A stretch of 64,000 nucleotides of DNA from Chrysomallon squamiferum. Taxonomy: Eukaryota > Animalia > Mollusca. Position 1 is the first letter of the stretch; each line of letters opens with the position of its first letter. Made by a program: the position numbers and the translations under genes. Of the stretch, positions 1 to 14,861 are shown piece by piece. The stretch lies in contig CM022677.1 in assembly GCA_012295275.1 (NCBI GenBank), positions 25,668,001-25,732,000 on the forward strand. Direction: 5' to 3'. Below the pieces are notes generated by a model. The model was given only the letters and a program-made list of their open reading frames with translations, was not told the origin of the DNA and did not search any database.

Positions 1-15
1 TTTTGTCCAGTACTC

Positions 16-166
16 TACATTACTTCATCTGATCATAACAGATGTTTCTACTTCTTTGGATCAAAACAGTGGCGTGTGTGTAGTCAAGTACATTAGTTCA
101 TCTGATCATAATAACAGATGTGTCTACATCTTTGGATCAAAACAGTGGTGTGTATGTAGTCAAGTA
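16..166. repeat. Imperfect tandem duplication, ~73-76 bp x2
   Basis: TACATT-TTCATCTGATCATAA...TTTGGATCAAAACAGTGG...GTAGTCAAGTA starts at 16 and again at 89. Confidence 0.85.
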
Positions 167-696
167 TGCAGTGTTTTTTTCTAGATTAATCAATATTTTG
201 TCCATGTTATGGATCCATGGACCTGCCCAGGATTTCTTAAATGTGAGAGAAATCATTATAGTGACATAGTGCATGTATATGTGTGCATTGTATCTATGTG
301 CATGCTGGACTTCAGCAAGGCCAAAGAACTACATTGGCACTGTACAGCAGATATTGATATGGGAAACCCATTTTCATTTAATCACTGCCGAAAATTCTTG
401 TCCAGTCTGGGTTTTTTTTATTACAGTGTAAATCATAAAAAAAAAAAATGAAGTACACAAATTATATTTGTTTAATGTGCTTTACAGACAATATATCTAA
501 ATATATTTAGATTATAGATACAATGTTTTTAAAATTATTTTTATACAATTTGTACATAGGCAGTGTAGTTAGATTTAAAAGATGGAATAGCACTAGATAT
601 GTGGGACCATTATAGGAACAGATGATGATGATTCTGTATAGTTGCATTGGTTGGATAGTGTGTGTGTGTGTGTATGTGTGTGTGTGTGACAGAGAC

Positions 697-755
<59 letters not shown>

Positions 756-809
756 AAATATCTAAAAATGCGACCAAACTATGAAATAAAAAAATAAGTA
801 AATAAATTT

Positions 810-844
<35 letters not shown>

Positions 845-1931
845 AATAACAAATCTGACAGACCAGTGAAAAAAAACTCTGCACAATTGTCTGTTATCAA
901 GCAATAATATGCGCTGAACTTGTCATCAATAATTTAGTTTATGTATCAGGATTTCTAACAACCTACTGTACTGAAATTTCAGTAATAAAATATATTTTGA
1001 CCTGTCTCTTTGTTGTCTGTCTGTCTGTTTACTTTTGAATGGAGATATCAAAACTGATGTAAACTGGAAAGATACGTAGATATATGAGAAACTGACAGCA
1101 TGGACTACACGATTGAATGACAGAGAAAAATGACATGTTCATGGAAACAATTACACATGGATATATGTATATAAATTATTATATGTATACATACACCTAT
1201 ACATATATATGTATATGAATAGCTGATTTATTATTAAAGTCACAATTCACATTTATAAAAATTGAAATAAAATTATAGCACATATGATCCATTGTTTTTT
1301 GACACTTTTTGTTCTGTCATTCATTGACCCTGTCTGTAGGTGACAACTGTTTCAGATTTTTGGGCATGCAGAAAATGATGAAAGACAAAGAATGATTTAC
1401 TTTGTAGAAGTAACAATTAACTTTCCTTACTGAGTAATTGTTTTTCTTTCTAAAGTTGTCTTGGTGACCCTGTGGTAATTTCTTTCTACAGAGAGGAGAT
1501 AAATGAGTGTCATATGTTTGTATCTCATCAGTGGCTTTTGAGGTTGTGATTGGACTTGTCTTCCTGTGCCAGACTGTTCCTGAATACTGTCTATGTGCAG
1601 AGTCTAATCAGACATACATAAGACACAGAGTATGTTTTCCTCAATACCTATATATATATGCATGCATACACACACATTTGCACACATTCATAGATACACA
1701 CAAATACATACATTTTGTATACACACACAATGTCTGTGTATGTATATATATGAAACACACACACACACACGCTACTTATACATATTTTAATAGGAAAATA
1801 AATACAAGTGCACTTGTAGCACTAATGTGATTTAATGAAAAACAAAAGCAGATACAACTAAAACTTTAATTCAATACTTGTGTCAACATGAATCTGCTTG
1901 GATCTGAATTTCTCATTAACAATGTTAATAA

Positions 1932-1972
<41 letters not shown>

Positions 1973-2641
1973 TGATAAATTGAAAATGGATTTCAATTTT
2001 AAAAATGGCTTCAACCTGCATTCAAAGTACGTCATGCTCCCTGCCTCAAGAAACGAACAAACAAACAAACAAAGTCAACAGCTATATTAATGATAAATTG
2101 AAACCATTACATGTGTGAATATTATAGAACTATGCATTTGGGTTTGTTTCTGTATGTCGTGTATATGTGTTTGGCTGTATGTATGTACATGCTAGAAAGA
2201 TATGAAAGGGAGATGACTCAAGGAAAGAAATTCAGAGGAATGAACTAGATGGTAACTGGAAAGGAACCATAAGACAAAGAGGACTGAGAAAGGTAAAAGA
2301 AAATGTTGCTGAACAATAGAATATTGAATAACAATGAAAAGAGTATTTCTATTTATCTATGTCATATACGTATGTATGTGTGTATGTATCTTTTTTTTTT
2401 TTAATCTTTCTATCTATATCTATCTATCAGTTTGTATCTCTCTGTGCATTCATATCTGAAAGCAAAATCAATGTTATAAAAATTTCTTTGAAAAATATTA
2501 AAGAAATTGTATACATTTATTTTTGTCTATTTAATTTTTCCTCCATTTTATGATTGAAGTTTAAAGAAATGACAATATTTCAAATGTTGCCTCCTCTGTT
2601 TAATAAATGGATGGATGTGTGTTTATGTATATATTTATTGT

Positions 2642-2798
2642 GATATATGTCATAAATACAAACACACACACACACACATTTTCAGTTTATGAAACTTGAA
2701 TAGCTACATGATACAAACTATTTATGTTCAGTGTAGCTGTTCAAGTTTCATAAACTGAAAGTGTGCATGCATGTGTGTGTGTGTTTATGACATATATC
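2642..2798. repeat. Long inverted repeat / hairpin
   Basis: TTTCAGTTTATGAAACTTGAA (2680-2700) is the exact reverse complement of 2740-2760. The outer arms GATATATGTCATAAA (2642-2656) and TTTATGACATATATC (2784-2798) also pair, as do the CA/TG tracts between them. Confidence 0.9.
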
Positions 2799-3024
2799 CG
2801 AATAGAACATAGATATCACAATATTAAAACATTACATGTAACTATCTGTGTATATATCATATATTCTCTCTCTCTCTCTCTATCATACACAAATACTTCA
2901 AATGAATTCACACTTTAACAAGGAATAACTTAAATAATCAATTTTGTTCAAATTGTCATTTGTGTTAATCATTAGGATAAATATTAATTTAAACTGAGTA
3001 TGCAGGTGGAGCAAGTTGTCGCAG

Positions 3025-3573
3025 TCAGATATACTGCAGGACAACAACAACAATGCTGAAAGAAAGAAAGAAATCTAAAATATTTATTTACTGAAATAAA
3101 TAAATAAATAAATAAATAGAAATCAAAATAAATGGAATACAAAAGGAAGAAATATATATTTTTTAATACACAAAAGTTGTAAATAGATAAAGTTACAAGT
3201 TAATAGAATAAATAAATAAATAACAATAAATAAATAAATAAATAATTAAACTTTTTCACCATGTTAGATTCACAATTATTACACAAAACTGAACTACAGC
3301 AAGGAAATAAATTCTCAAAAATTAATTAATTTTCAATTTACTAACAACAAATTAAAATTAAATCATTAAACCGTTTTTATTAATGAACATTTTAAAGTGT
3401 ATGTTTGAAGAGATGAAGAAAAACAACACATTTAAAATTAAAACTATTAAAAAAAATTAAATATATTCTACATACTTCAACTTACACTTTATTTCAGTTT
3501 TTTGCTACCCAAACTTAATTAATAATGAAGTATAAAAACTCTGTATGTATGTTTATATCTGTGTGTTTTGGCC

Positions 3574-3608
<35 letters not shown>

Positions 3609-4170
3609 ATGCACAACAAAGGTTAGTTTCCCATAACAATAATTTCAAATTATAAAACAATTATTTTTAAGACAACTTGCCAATTGAACATTTAAATAAT
3701 AATATAAAAATATATATATATTTCTGAACAAGAATTAGGTATTTATTTACATACGTTTTAAAGAAAGAAACAAAGAAGAAAGAAGACAAAAACAGAAAAG
3801 CAAAAGAAAAGAAAAAGAAAGAAAGAAAAATTTAAATGTTTGTTCACCTTGTAAAATAGAACAAGTTGCTGATTACCAGAGGGCTCTTTCTGAGCAAACT
3901 GGCAACACCTGAAATAAAAATAAATTTATAAAATAAAAAATATAATAATGCACATCATTTTAAATGTAAAAACATTTATCTTTTTTCTACTACCATTACC
4001 CCTACTACTATAACTACTATTACTACTGTTACCACTACTACTAATTCTTATTTATTTATTTTTATTTATTTATTTATTTATTATTATATTGTATTATATT
4101 CCATAATACAGAGCACTTTAATGAACACAAAAATAAAAATAATAAAAAATTAAATAAATAAATAAAAATA

Positions 4171-4214
<44 letters not shown>

Positions 4215-4782
4215 AATAATAATAATAATAAACAAAAGGAAATTAAGAATATTAAGAAAATAAAAAAAATAAAAAATCATTGTTTTTCATGTTCTTGCTA
4301 CTGTTCTTATATAAAAGACATTTTTTTTATTTACCACTTCTGGCAGCAGAGGGATTGACTGGTACAGCTGAAATTTAAAAAAAAGTAAAAAAAAATAAAC
4401 ATAAATAATAACAAAATATAAATTAAATAAACTGTGACTGTGTGTATGCTCATTTGTATGAATATGTGTATTGTGTATGTGTATATGTATATAGATATGT
4501 GTGTGTGTGTATGTTTGTATGTATATATGTATGCAAATTCATCATTACTGTACTTATTGTTTCTTTAATTATTATTATAATTATTATTAAATTTACTAAA
4601 AATCTTCATCTTTCTCTTCTTCATCTTATTTTTATTATTAATTATTATTTTATTACATCATCAATATTACCATTATTATTATTATTTAATTTACAAAATA
4701 TGATCTTATTATTATTAACATTATTATTGTTGTTTCTGTTATTTATTTAACAAAATCTTGTTATTTTTATTTTCATTATTAC

Positions 4783-4834
<52 letters not shown>

Positions 4835-4997
4835 TAATTTATTAAAATACTGTTATTAACATTATTAATATTATTTTTATCATTATTTAATTTACCTTTA
4901 AAAAATCGTATTATTATTGCTATTATTATTGGTTATTGTTATTATTACATTATTATTATTATTATATTTATCATTATTATTATTTAGTTCAGTAAAA

Positions 4998-5052
<55 letters not shown>

Positions 5053-5448
5053 TGATAAAAATCTTACTCTGAAGGTAAAGGGTGAACTGACGGCTGACGA
5101 TGTTCGCCGATTTCAGTTTACATGTAAACTGGCCGGTGTCATCGACAACGATTGTATTGATGGTTAATTTGTAGCTTTTCACGTTGGCTTCCTTGAAGTT
5201 CGTACCACGGCTACAGTGAAGATAATACTTCGGCGACGGCGGTTTGACCTTGACCTTACACTTGTCGTTCTGCTGGCTTACACTGGCTAACGGTTTCAAA
5301 TCGGGGAGGCGGTAGAATTCAATGTCATCAGTCAACGAGGCCGCATTGAGTACCATGCAGATGAGCTTGAACGGTCTTCTGTCGTAAGCAACAGAATTGG
5401 AACCAATGAGAACTACTTTCAATTCTCGAAGAAATGAAAAGGACATTA

Positions 5449-5484
<36 letters not shown>

Positions 5485-5841
5485 AATAAAAAAAAATTAA
5501 AATTAAAATAATAATAGTAAAAATAATAAAACAACAAAGAACATTCATTAATCAGTGAACACAGAAAACATAAATGATAAATGATTGGATTGCTAGCCAA
5601 ATTTTTTGATACCCCCAAACTAATGTAAAACAAAATTTTCAAACGCAAAAAAATATATAAAAAAAATTTTTAAAGACTGTTTTTCCTTCTTAAATTTAAT
5701 TTGGGTAAGAAATTTATTTCCTTTGTAATGTTGATCACGAAACTTAAATTTTGTGCTGATGTCATTTTAAACAAAATTTACTTCAAATAAAAACTGGACT
5801 TATTTGCATTTGTAATGATGAATTTTACATGTAGAATGCAG

Positions 5842-5891
<50 letters not shown>

Positions 5892-6201
5892 TAAATAAAT
5901 AAATAAAAATAATAAAATAAAATACTACTTCGTTTTCGTTGGCTTTCTCCATCTGTTTTCACCCCCACCCGCCCGCCATCTTGACATTTTCTTTTTAATT
6001 TTGACTCAAGAGTCAACAATTTAAAAAAAATAATAATAATAATAAAATAAATAAATAATAGATACACCGCATGATCTAAAATGAAAATAAAAAACAAAAC
6101 AAATATATCATAAACTTAATACCATTAATTGAATCGACGTTTGAGGATTCGAGAACAAGGACTAAAATAAACGACGAAACGATATACGTGAACATGGCCA
6201 T
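3025..6201 (-). CDS. Single Ig-like domain cell-surface protein, signal peptide and probable GPI anchor, 186 aa, 5 exons
   Basis: Exons 6123-6201 (MAMFTYIVSSFILVLVLESSNVDSIN), 5068-5424 (Ig: KLICMV...YKLTINTIVVDDTGQFTC), 4335-4367, 3848-3908 and 3025-3055. All introns are GT-AG, phases chain 1-1-1-2, and the total is 561 nt. The protein ends ...SAARSGVASLLRKSPLVISNLFYFTSIVVVVLQYI* with no cytoplasmic tail. Confidence 0.85.
5068..5424 (-). CDS. Ig-like domain exon (phase 1-1) of the single-Ig gene
   Basis: B-strand Cys (KLIC), LTI and D-x-G-x-F-x-C (DTGQFTC) motifs. It is a GC-richer island between poly-ATT tracts. Confidence 0.9.
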
Positions 6202-6772
6202 TTATGTGAAGATCAGACTGCGTTTGAAAAAGGAATTACGTCACGCCACGTCACTAACCAGCTATGGTAAGGAATGCAAATGTTATCTGTGGACGAATGC
6301 AGGTGGGATGAGTATGATTGGAGCTTTTCCATGACAGATCAATCGCCATAATTTTTAAATGCGTAAACTTAGAATGCGATTTAAGAATGTTACGAACTGT
6401 CTATATAAAATAATATAATTAAATAAAATAAATACTGATAATGTTGCCATTACATAGTCATTACATATACTATACGTACGTTATTACATATAGAAACACT
6501 GCCGACATATGTAGGTTGATACATTTAAAACGCACATATCACGTTTTATGTGTGTGTGTGTGTGTGTGTGTTATGCCACACTAGTGTGTTAAAAGGACGT
6601 AACAAATATAGTCATAGAGCTATAAATATACGGGACATATTTATAAGCCTTGTCTTAGGATAAAAGCAGCAATAAAGTTAAGTAATATATATTTTGGCAG
6701 TTTATATTTTCAATATTGTTATTATTACTTTTTAAAATCGTTTCCTAAAATTGATGATATAACTAAACAATA

Positions 6773-6803
<31 letters not shown>

Positions 6804-7270
6804 TATGAAATGACGTGTCTGTGTATGCATGTGATCAGAAAAAACAAAACAAAGCAGAATCAAGTATGAAAGTATTTATTTCATCATTTTGTAAAAAAAA
6901 AAAAAAAAAAAAAAAAATCTCAAAATTTACTGTTATAAAATATATTATGTACAAAAGTATAATTTTATTAAAAATTATTTAGAAATATGTACAAAGTAAC
7001 ATAAGGACTACACTGAAATTTGAAATACTAAAAACACAGGTGTTAAATGAAGGTGAGAATGTACAGAACTCTAAATCAGTTATAAATATATGTACATACC
7101 AAATAAAATTGATTTTATAAAACACACACACGCACGCACGCACACACTATTTGCCAGCAGTGGATTTTTTAAAATTTATTTTTCTGTTGTACTCACACAC
7201 GCACACGTACGCATACACACAAAACAGAAAGAAATATTATACTCTCTCTCTCTCTCTTTCCTCTCTCCCT

Positions 7271-7309
<39 letters not shown>

Positions 7310-7310
7310 C

Positions 7311-7341
<31 letters not shown>

Positions 7342-8518
7342 CTAACCTACTACAATCTTATTTACATAATTATTTTATTTCTCACAATCATATATATATA
7401 TATATATTTATTTGGGGGGGGGATATCCAAGGCAACAGTATCGCTGAGTTACAAATAAAAATGTGCATTAACAGATTGCAATGAGACAAGGACATTAATA
7501 ACCACTCAGTCTTTATTGACTTTTTTTTTACGATGATTATTTGTGTCGTCAGTTATGGAAACGATGCCACAGCAGATTGCAATAAGATCATGATGATAAA
7601 AATTATAATAAAAATAATAATGATGATGATGATGATGATAATAACAATAATCATAATACACTGTAGTAACTATGGAACTCAATGCCCATTTCGTGCTTTA
7701 GATACAATTCTAGACTTGTCTGCAACAGTTCATTTTAACGTCTGACTACGACACTAATGTTTCTAATAATTCCATTCTAGCTGAAGTGAATTTTTTTTTT
7801 AAAAATTACTTCTATTGATAGCTGGCGGGCCCTAGAAATAAATTTCTTTCATCGTCACTTCGGTTACCTCTTGCACTAATCATAATTTATCAAAACTGAA
7901 TCATCTAAACAGGTAATTAGACAGCTAATAGATAATGACAGATGTCAAACTGATAACAACACCTGAGACAAGAGAAAACGGACTTTTGATATACAACAAC
8001 AAAAACAAACAAAATAAAACAACAACAACAACAAAACAAAACATTTAAAATGATAATTAAACAGTCAGAAATGAGTATATTAAAATATTGGAATGCATAT
8101 GAAATCAGGAATGCATATAAATTGTTATTATAATCTTTGATTAAAAAAAAAAAAAAAGATAAAAAGAAAAATGAACATTCACAAATGAATTAATTAAAAT
8201 TTTGGAATGTCAGTGAAGTGATGAATGCATAAAAATTATTTAAAAAACAAATTTAGACAGAAAAATGAAAAAAAAAATGTTGTAATGCAGATGATGTCAG
8301 TAATAAATAACAATTCAGACACACACTGAAAAATACATCATCATGGAATTGCGTTTTGATATCAACAGTAATAATTAAACACTGAAAAAAGATTAAAAAA
8401 AAAAATAATAATAATAATAATAAGAAGAAGAAAATAAATAAATGAATAAATAAAAATATTGGTATGTGTATGAGAACGGGAACATATAAAATAAAAATTA
8501 AACGTTTTGTTGCCTACA

Positions 8519-10803
8519 TCAAACCGGTGTCAAGAAATGATTTAAAAACAAAGAAATGATGTAGACAGAAAGGGAAACAACTCTAACTGCAGAAGATGAA
8601 ACTTCGCGAACCAGATCTTCAGATATGAAGAGATAATTGTCGACGATGTGCACGACCCCGTTTGTAGCACCAAGGTCAGTGTGCAGAATGCGAGCGCGAA
8701 TGTTTCTGAACATCAGTTCTTGATCTGTGAACATAACAAACGTAAGTACCTAAATGTTGTTAAACAAAACGTTTTCAACTGAAATGTCATGAATTAAAAT
8801 ACATAAAAATAACGTTTTCAACGAGAGGTACTTTAATTGAAATAATTTAAGAATAAAATTATCACCGAAAAGTCTTTAATTGAATTAATTAAAAATGAAA
8901 TTATCACCGAAAAGTCTTTAATTAGAACAATTAAAAATAAAATTTTCAAAAAACAATTAAAAATAAAATTTTCAACGAAAAGTCTTTAATTAAAATAGGT
9001 AAAAATAAAATTATCAATTAAAATACATACTAATAAAATTATGAGTTAAAAATGGTTAATTTTAATATTTTACAATTATAATTTTCTCTAAGAAGCAATT
9101 ATGATTTTCAGTTAAAAAACTTAAAATATTAATATGTTTTTTTTTTTTTTTTTAAAGTCATTGTTTAAAATATTTTACAAAATATTTTTGGCAAAAAAAC
9201 AAATCTAAACTTAAATGTTTTTGCTGTAAACCATTATCATAAAAGATTTAAAATGAAATTTTCAGTTAAAAACTGTTAATTAAAATAGTCTTAAATTAAA
9301 ATTTTCATTAAAAGGTGTTTAATTTCAGCATACATAAAATTCAATTTTAACTGAAAGTCATAAATTAACATATTAAAAAATGATCATTAAAATATTCAAA
9401 TATTTGTAAACTGAAATTTTAATTACCAAGTAGTAATAAAATATTTAAAACTAATAGGTAATTTAAAATATCTTCAAACACTACAATCAATTTTTATTTA
9501 AATATCTAATTTTATTAAAATATTTGTTTTTATTTAAAATATCTTCAAATTAAATGACAACAATCAAATTTTATTAAAAATATTAGTTTTTATTTAAAAT
9601 ATCAACTTAAACCAGTACTTAACTGTTTTTATTTAAATATTTGTTTTCATTTAAAATGTCTTCAAATCAAATGACTATGTTTTATTTAAATATTTGTTTT
9701 TATTTAGAACATCTTCAAATCAAACCAACCATTTCGATTTAAATATCTATTTTTATTTAAAATATCAACTAATTAAAAGACTACTTTCTATTTTTATTTA
9801 AATATTTGTCTTTATTAAAAATATCTTCAAATGAAAACTGTAAAATGAAATTTTATTAAAATATTTGTTTTTCAACTTACAACTGTCTGTGATGACGTTG
9901 ATTTGAATCTGGTCACCTGTGTCACTGATGAAGTAACGATAACCACGTGACAACTGATCTATGTAAATCTTCTGATTCCTTATCAACATCCGTCGCAACA
10001 CCTTTAGTAAATCGATAAATAAACAGATAGATCAATAAGTAAATGAATTGTACATAAACATAAAACAAAGAAATAATGTGATTGTTTGTTTTTTTCAATT
10101 TAAAGAATTATTTATAGCTTACTACTGCAACTGCAGCTTCTACTACTACTTCTACTACTACTACTACTACTACTAAAATTACAAATATTAATATTATTAC
10201 ATCTACCACTAATATTAATACTGTTTATTATTATTATTACTATTATTATTATTATTATTGTTTTATTCTTACTAGTATAATATTATTACTATTTTTATTA
10301 TTCTTATTATTACTACTACTACTACTAACATTGTGATTATTATCATTACTACAGTTACCTTTACCATCACCCTTATCCTTATCCTTATTCTTATTCTTCT
10401 TATTATTACTGACATTAAATATTATTATTACTATTGTAATTACTTATTAAAAAAAAAAAAATAAAATAAATAAATAAAACTCACATATCTTAACCGGTTT
10501 TTATCTTCAAATAACTTCTGTCCTTCCATGGTCTGCTGAAAGTAGTCAGTAGTCGTTCCGTTGGGCACGAAGATGGTGAAGTTGCACAACTCCCCACTCT
10601 CCCCACACCCTCCTCTGATCAGCTCACTGGAGCTGCTGCTGCTGCTGCTGCTGCTGTTGTTGTTGGCATATTCGATGTTGCGGCGGGGGTCGTTGCTGTC
10701 GCATGGCGGCGGTAGTTGATGCTGAATGCGCACGTCGGCGAGGTATTCGTGTAGGCCAACGGTTCTTAGGATGTAGAAAGTTTTTCTGTAGAGAGAGATT
10801 AAA

Positions 10804-10858
<55 letters not shown>

Positions 10859-10947
10859 CAGAGAAAAATTAAAAATAATAAAAATAATAATAATAACAAT
10901 AATAATAATAACTAATAATCATAATCATAATCATAATAATAATAATC

Positions 10948-10997
<50 letters not shown>

Positions 10998-12852
10998 ACA
11001 TAGAAACAAATCATTAAATATAAGAGATTATATTTCAATTTTTTTTTTTTTATTATTAAGAGTTAATAATGTATGTATTTGATTTTTTCTTCTTAAACTG
11101 AAATTGTTTTATCTATCTCTCTATCTGTCTGTCTGTCTTTATGTGTCTCTGTCTATATCTGTCAGTCTGACTATGTTTAAAGCTACCCATCTTGCCTATC
11201 TATCTACCTATTTATCTGTCTATTTATATATATTATTTGTCTGTCATATATAGATATAGAAAACAATATGATAGCTAGACAGACAGATTATATAATATAT
11301 ATATATAAATATATATTTATATATATATATAAATATAAAACTTGTTTTTAGCCAGTATACAAATATTTAAATACGTACTTCTTTTACTGTAGAGAAAAGT
11401 ATACTGATAAATTACTTAAACAGAGAAATACATTCTAGAATCTGTTTACACAGAGAAGTCATTAAGAGATAATGTTTATCGTAAACTGGTTGTAACTTTG
11501 TATGTAGAGGTTTAAATAACAAGACACGTTTTTTGCTATTTATATAAACATCTGTGTGACCTGTGTGTGATATGTGTGTGATATGTGTGTGATTGTGTGA
11601 TTTGTGTGTGATTTGTGTGTGATCTGTGTGTGATTTGTGTGTGATTCGAGCGACACTCACATCAGCCAGTCTTCACAGTTGATAATCCCTGGGACGTCCC
11701 TGTACGGAATCCCGAAAATCCCATCCACCAGATGTACGTAACCGTTGGTTACGCCCACGTCTGGACGAATCACCTTAGTTTTAACATAGCCTCCTTCAGC
11801 CCAAGTCTCTGAAAAATAATAACAATGATGATGATGATATAATAATGATAATAATAATAATAATAATACTACTACTAATAATAATAATAAATGTAATGAA
11901 TTACTTCTGCAACTATTACTATTTCGATTGCTATTAATCCTCCTAATGCTGCTACTGTTACTATTATCATCACTACTTCTATTACTATTTATCCTACTAA
12001 TACTACTAGTACTACTACTACTGACACTATTACTATTACTACTACTATTACCACCATCACTACTTCTATTACTATTAATCCATCTAATGCTGCTACTACT
12101 ACTACTACTACTACTACAACTACTACCACTACTTCTATTACTATTAATCCTTCTAATGCTAGTACTGCTATTACCACCATCACTACTTCTATTATTATTA
12201 ATCCCTGCTAATGCTAGTAATGCTATTACCACCATCACTACTTCTATTATTATTAATCCCTGCTAACTGTCAACTTACTCACTACTCACGAAGACTCAAA
12301 CTCACCGTTTCCCTGGTTGTACACTTTGATCCTCCACTCGTTGTACTGTGAGCGAGGAATCTGCTTCGACTGGTATCCACCATTGACTGACGTCAGCGTG
12401 AACACGTTGCCTGCCTGCAACAGGTGCAGCTCGAACACCTGCAACAACAGCAGCATTGTTAGTGACAACTTCACACATAGACATAGTGACAACTTCACAG
12501 ACATCGTTAGTAGGAACTATACAGATGTTACTGACAACTTCACAGATATTGTTAGTGACAACTACACTGACGTTAGTGACAACTTCACAGTCATTGATAG
12601 TAGCAACTACATGGATGTCGTTAGTGACAAATAAACAATTATGTAAATGCAGTACTGAGAACATACAAACAAAACAATTTAAATAACACACACAGATATA
12701 TATAGATACATATAATTATACATACATATATATATCTCTCTTTATCTATGAAGTATTTATTTATATATATATATAAAAAATAAATACTTCGTAGATAAAG
12801 AGATAGATACATCAATAAGTATATAGATGTGTGTGTGTGTGTGTTTTTATTT

Positions 12853-12942
<90 letters not shown>

Positions 12943-14289
12943 TTTTATACCATTGACTGGCTATTAACGTATATCTGAGTATCAGTTATTATTTACGTTA
13001 TGACAATTTAACTTTTTCTGTGAGAACACTACGGTTGCTATAACTACTTCTAATAACACAACGAGTCAGTCAGGTAAGCGACTCACCTTGTTAATGAGGC
13101 CCTGGTCGTTATCAATGTCCACACCTGGAAGGTAACGAAGTTTATCGAATGCCGAGTTGATGGGTACAAAGACTGTGACTCCATTTGGTTGGACGAGAAA
13201 GTTTTGTAAGTCTTTTCTTCCATGGTGTGTCAACAGCTCAAACTTTCTGCAAGAATTCGTTAAACTTTTTATTGTTTTAAAATATTAAAATCAGATCGGC
13301 GAGGTGTTTTTGGAAAAAAAATTGTAAATTTTTATTTTATTTTATTTTATTTTATTTTATTTTATTGTTTTGTTTGTTTGTTTGTTTGTCTTTATTTCTG
13401 TTTTTTTTTTTTTTTTATCATTTTATTTTATTTCATTTTATTTATTTGTTTGTTCATGTCTTTATTTCTGTTATTTTATGTGTTTATTTGTTTAATTATT
13501 TATTTATTTATTTATTTATTCATTCATTCATTCATTCATTCATTAATTTATTTAACTAATTAATTTATCTATCTATCTATTTACTTGTTTGTTCATTTAC
13601 TTATTTATTTCTTACTTATTTTCTTAGTTTTCTTATTAATGCTATTATTACAGTTGTGTATTACGAAAATTGTGATTTTGTTGTTATTGTTACTATTAAA
13701 AACAATAATTATCATTATTGTTATTAGTTATTATTAAATAACATTTTATTTTTCACTGATCTTGTAACATTATTATAGAAAAAGTAAAATGATATTGTTA
13801 TTGTCCGTTTTATATTTAAAATAATCATTATTACTGACTTATTAAGATTAAAAGGGTATGAAAATTCAAACACTACAAGATTCAGATTTTTCTTTTATTA
13901 TTTTTCAATTTTACTCTGTATTTTTCACTTACAAGTGTTCATTTATTTTATTTTATTCTATTTTCTTAATTTATTGCACACACACACACATGATGTATAA
14001 TGAACTTTGACCTGCAGTCACATGTGACTGAAAAGAACCAATCAAACGGCTTACTCTAAATCACTGTTCTGGGAGATGAGCTCCCAGGCGTTGAGGTAAA
14101 CGAAGCCGAGGAGGTTGTCAATGAGGTGCACGACCCCGTTCATCACTGTCTGGTTGCCCAGGACAACCTGCGCCGTGACGCCTCCAACAGCTACGTACAC
14201 TGAAATAACAAACAGACTAGTTATTAGAGTCTGAGAGAGAGAGAGAGAGAGTGGGAAGAGTGAGGGAGAGAGTGAGAGAGAGAGAGAGA

Positions 14290-14353
<64 letters not shown>

Positions 14354-14358
14354 GAGAG

Positions 14359-14397
<39 letters not shown>

Positions 14398-14830
14398 GAG
14401 AGAGTCAGAGAGAGAGAGAGTCAGAGAGAGAGAGAGACACAGAGAGAGATAGAGATTGAGAGAGACACAGAAACAGACAGACAAAGAGTCAGTCAGAGAG
14501 AGAGAGATGCACACACACACACAGATGGAAGATACATCCATTAACACAATAATCTTCCTGTACCTTTTCATAACATCACAGTTTAATGCAAACATATTCT
14601 ACCAACATGCACGAATAATTTCATTTTTTATTTTTTTATTTGGCTTACTATCTTATTAAAAACAGCAGCAACTGAATACAACTAGAGAAATATCAGGACA
14701 CCATTCATCATTATGTATCTTGAAGACTTATTCGTTTTTTTTAAGATTGCTTCTGGAGTTGTCACGTTACAAAATACAACAATGATGTCACAAACTTCCA
14801 GTTAAAAAAAAGTCAAAATCTAGGAAAAAG

Positions 14831-14861
<31 letters not shown>

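Noticed and set aside
209-1830. Short plus-strand ORFs 209-451 and 1507-1830
   Set aside because: No recognisable motifs or exon chain. The region looks like UTR or intergenic DNA.
11412-11536. AG/GT-bounded open stretch in fasciclin intron 10 (KKRVLLFKPLHTK...)
   Set aside because: It has no FAS1 similarity and intron-like composition, and the flanking exons already join in phase.
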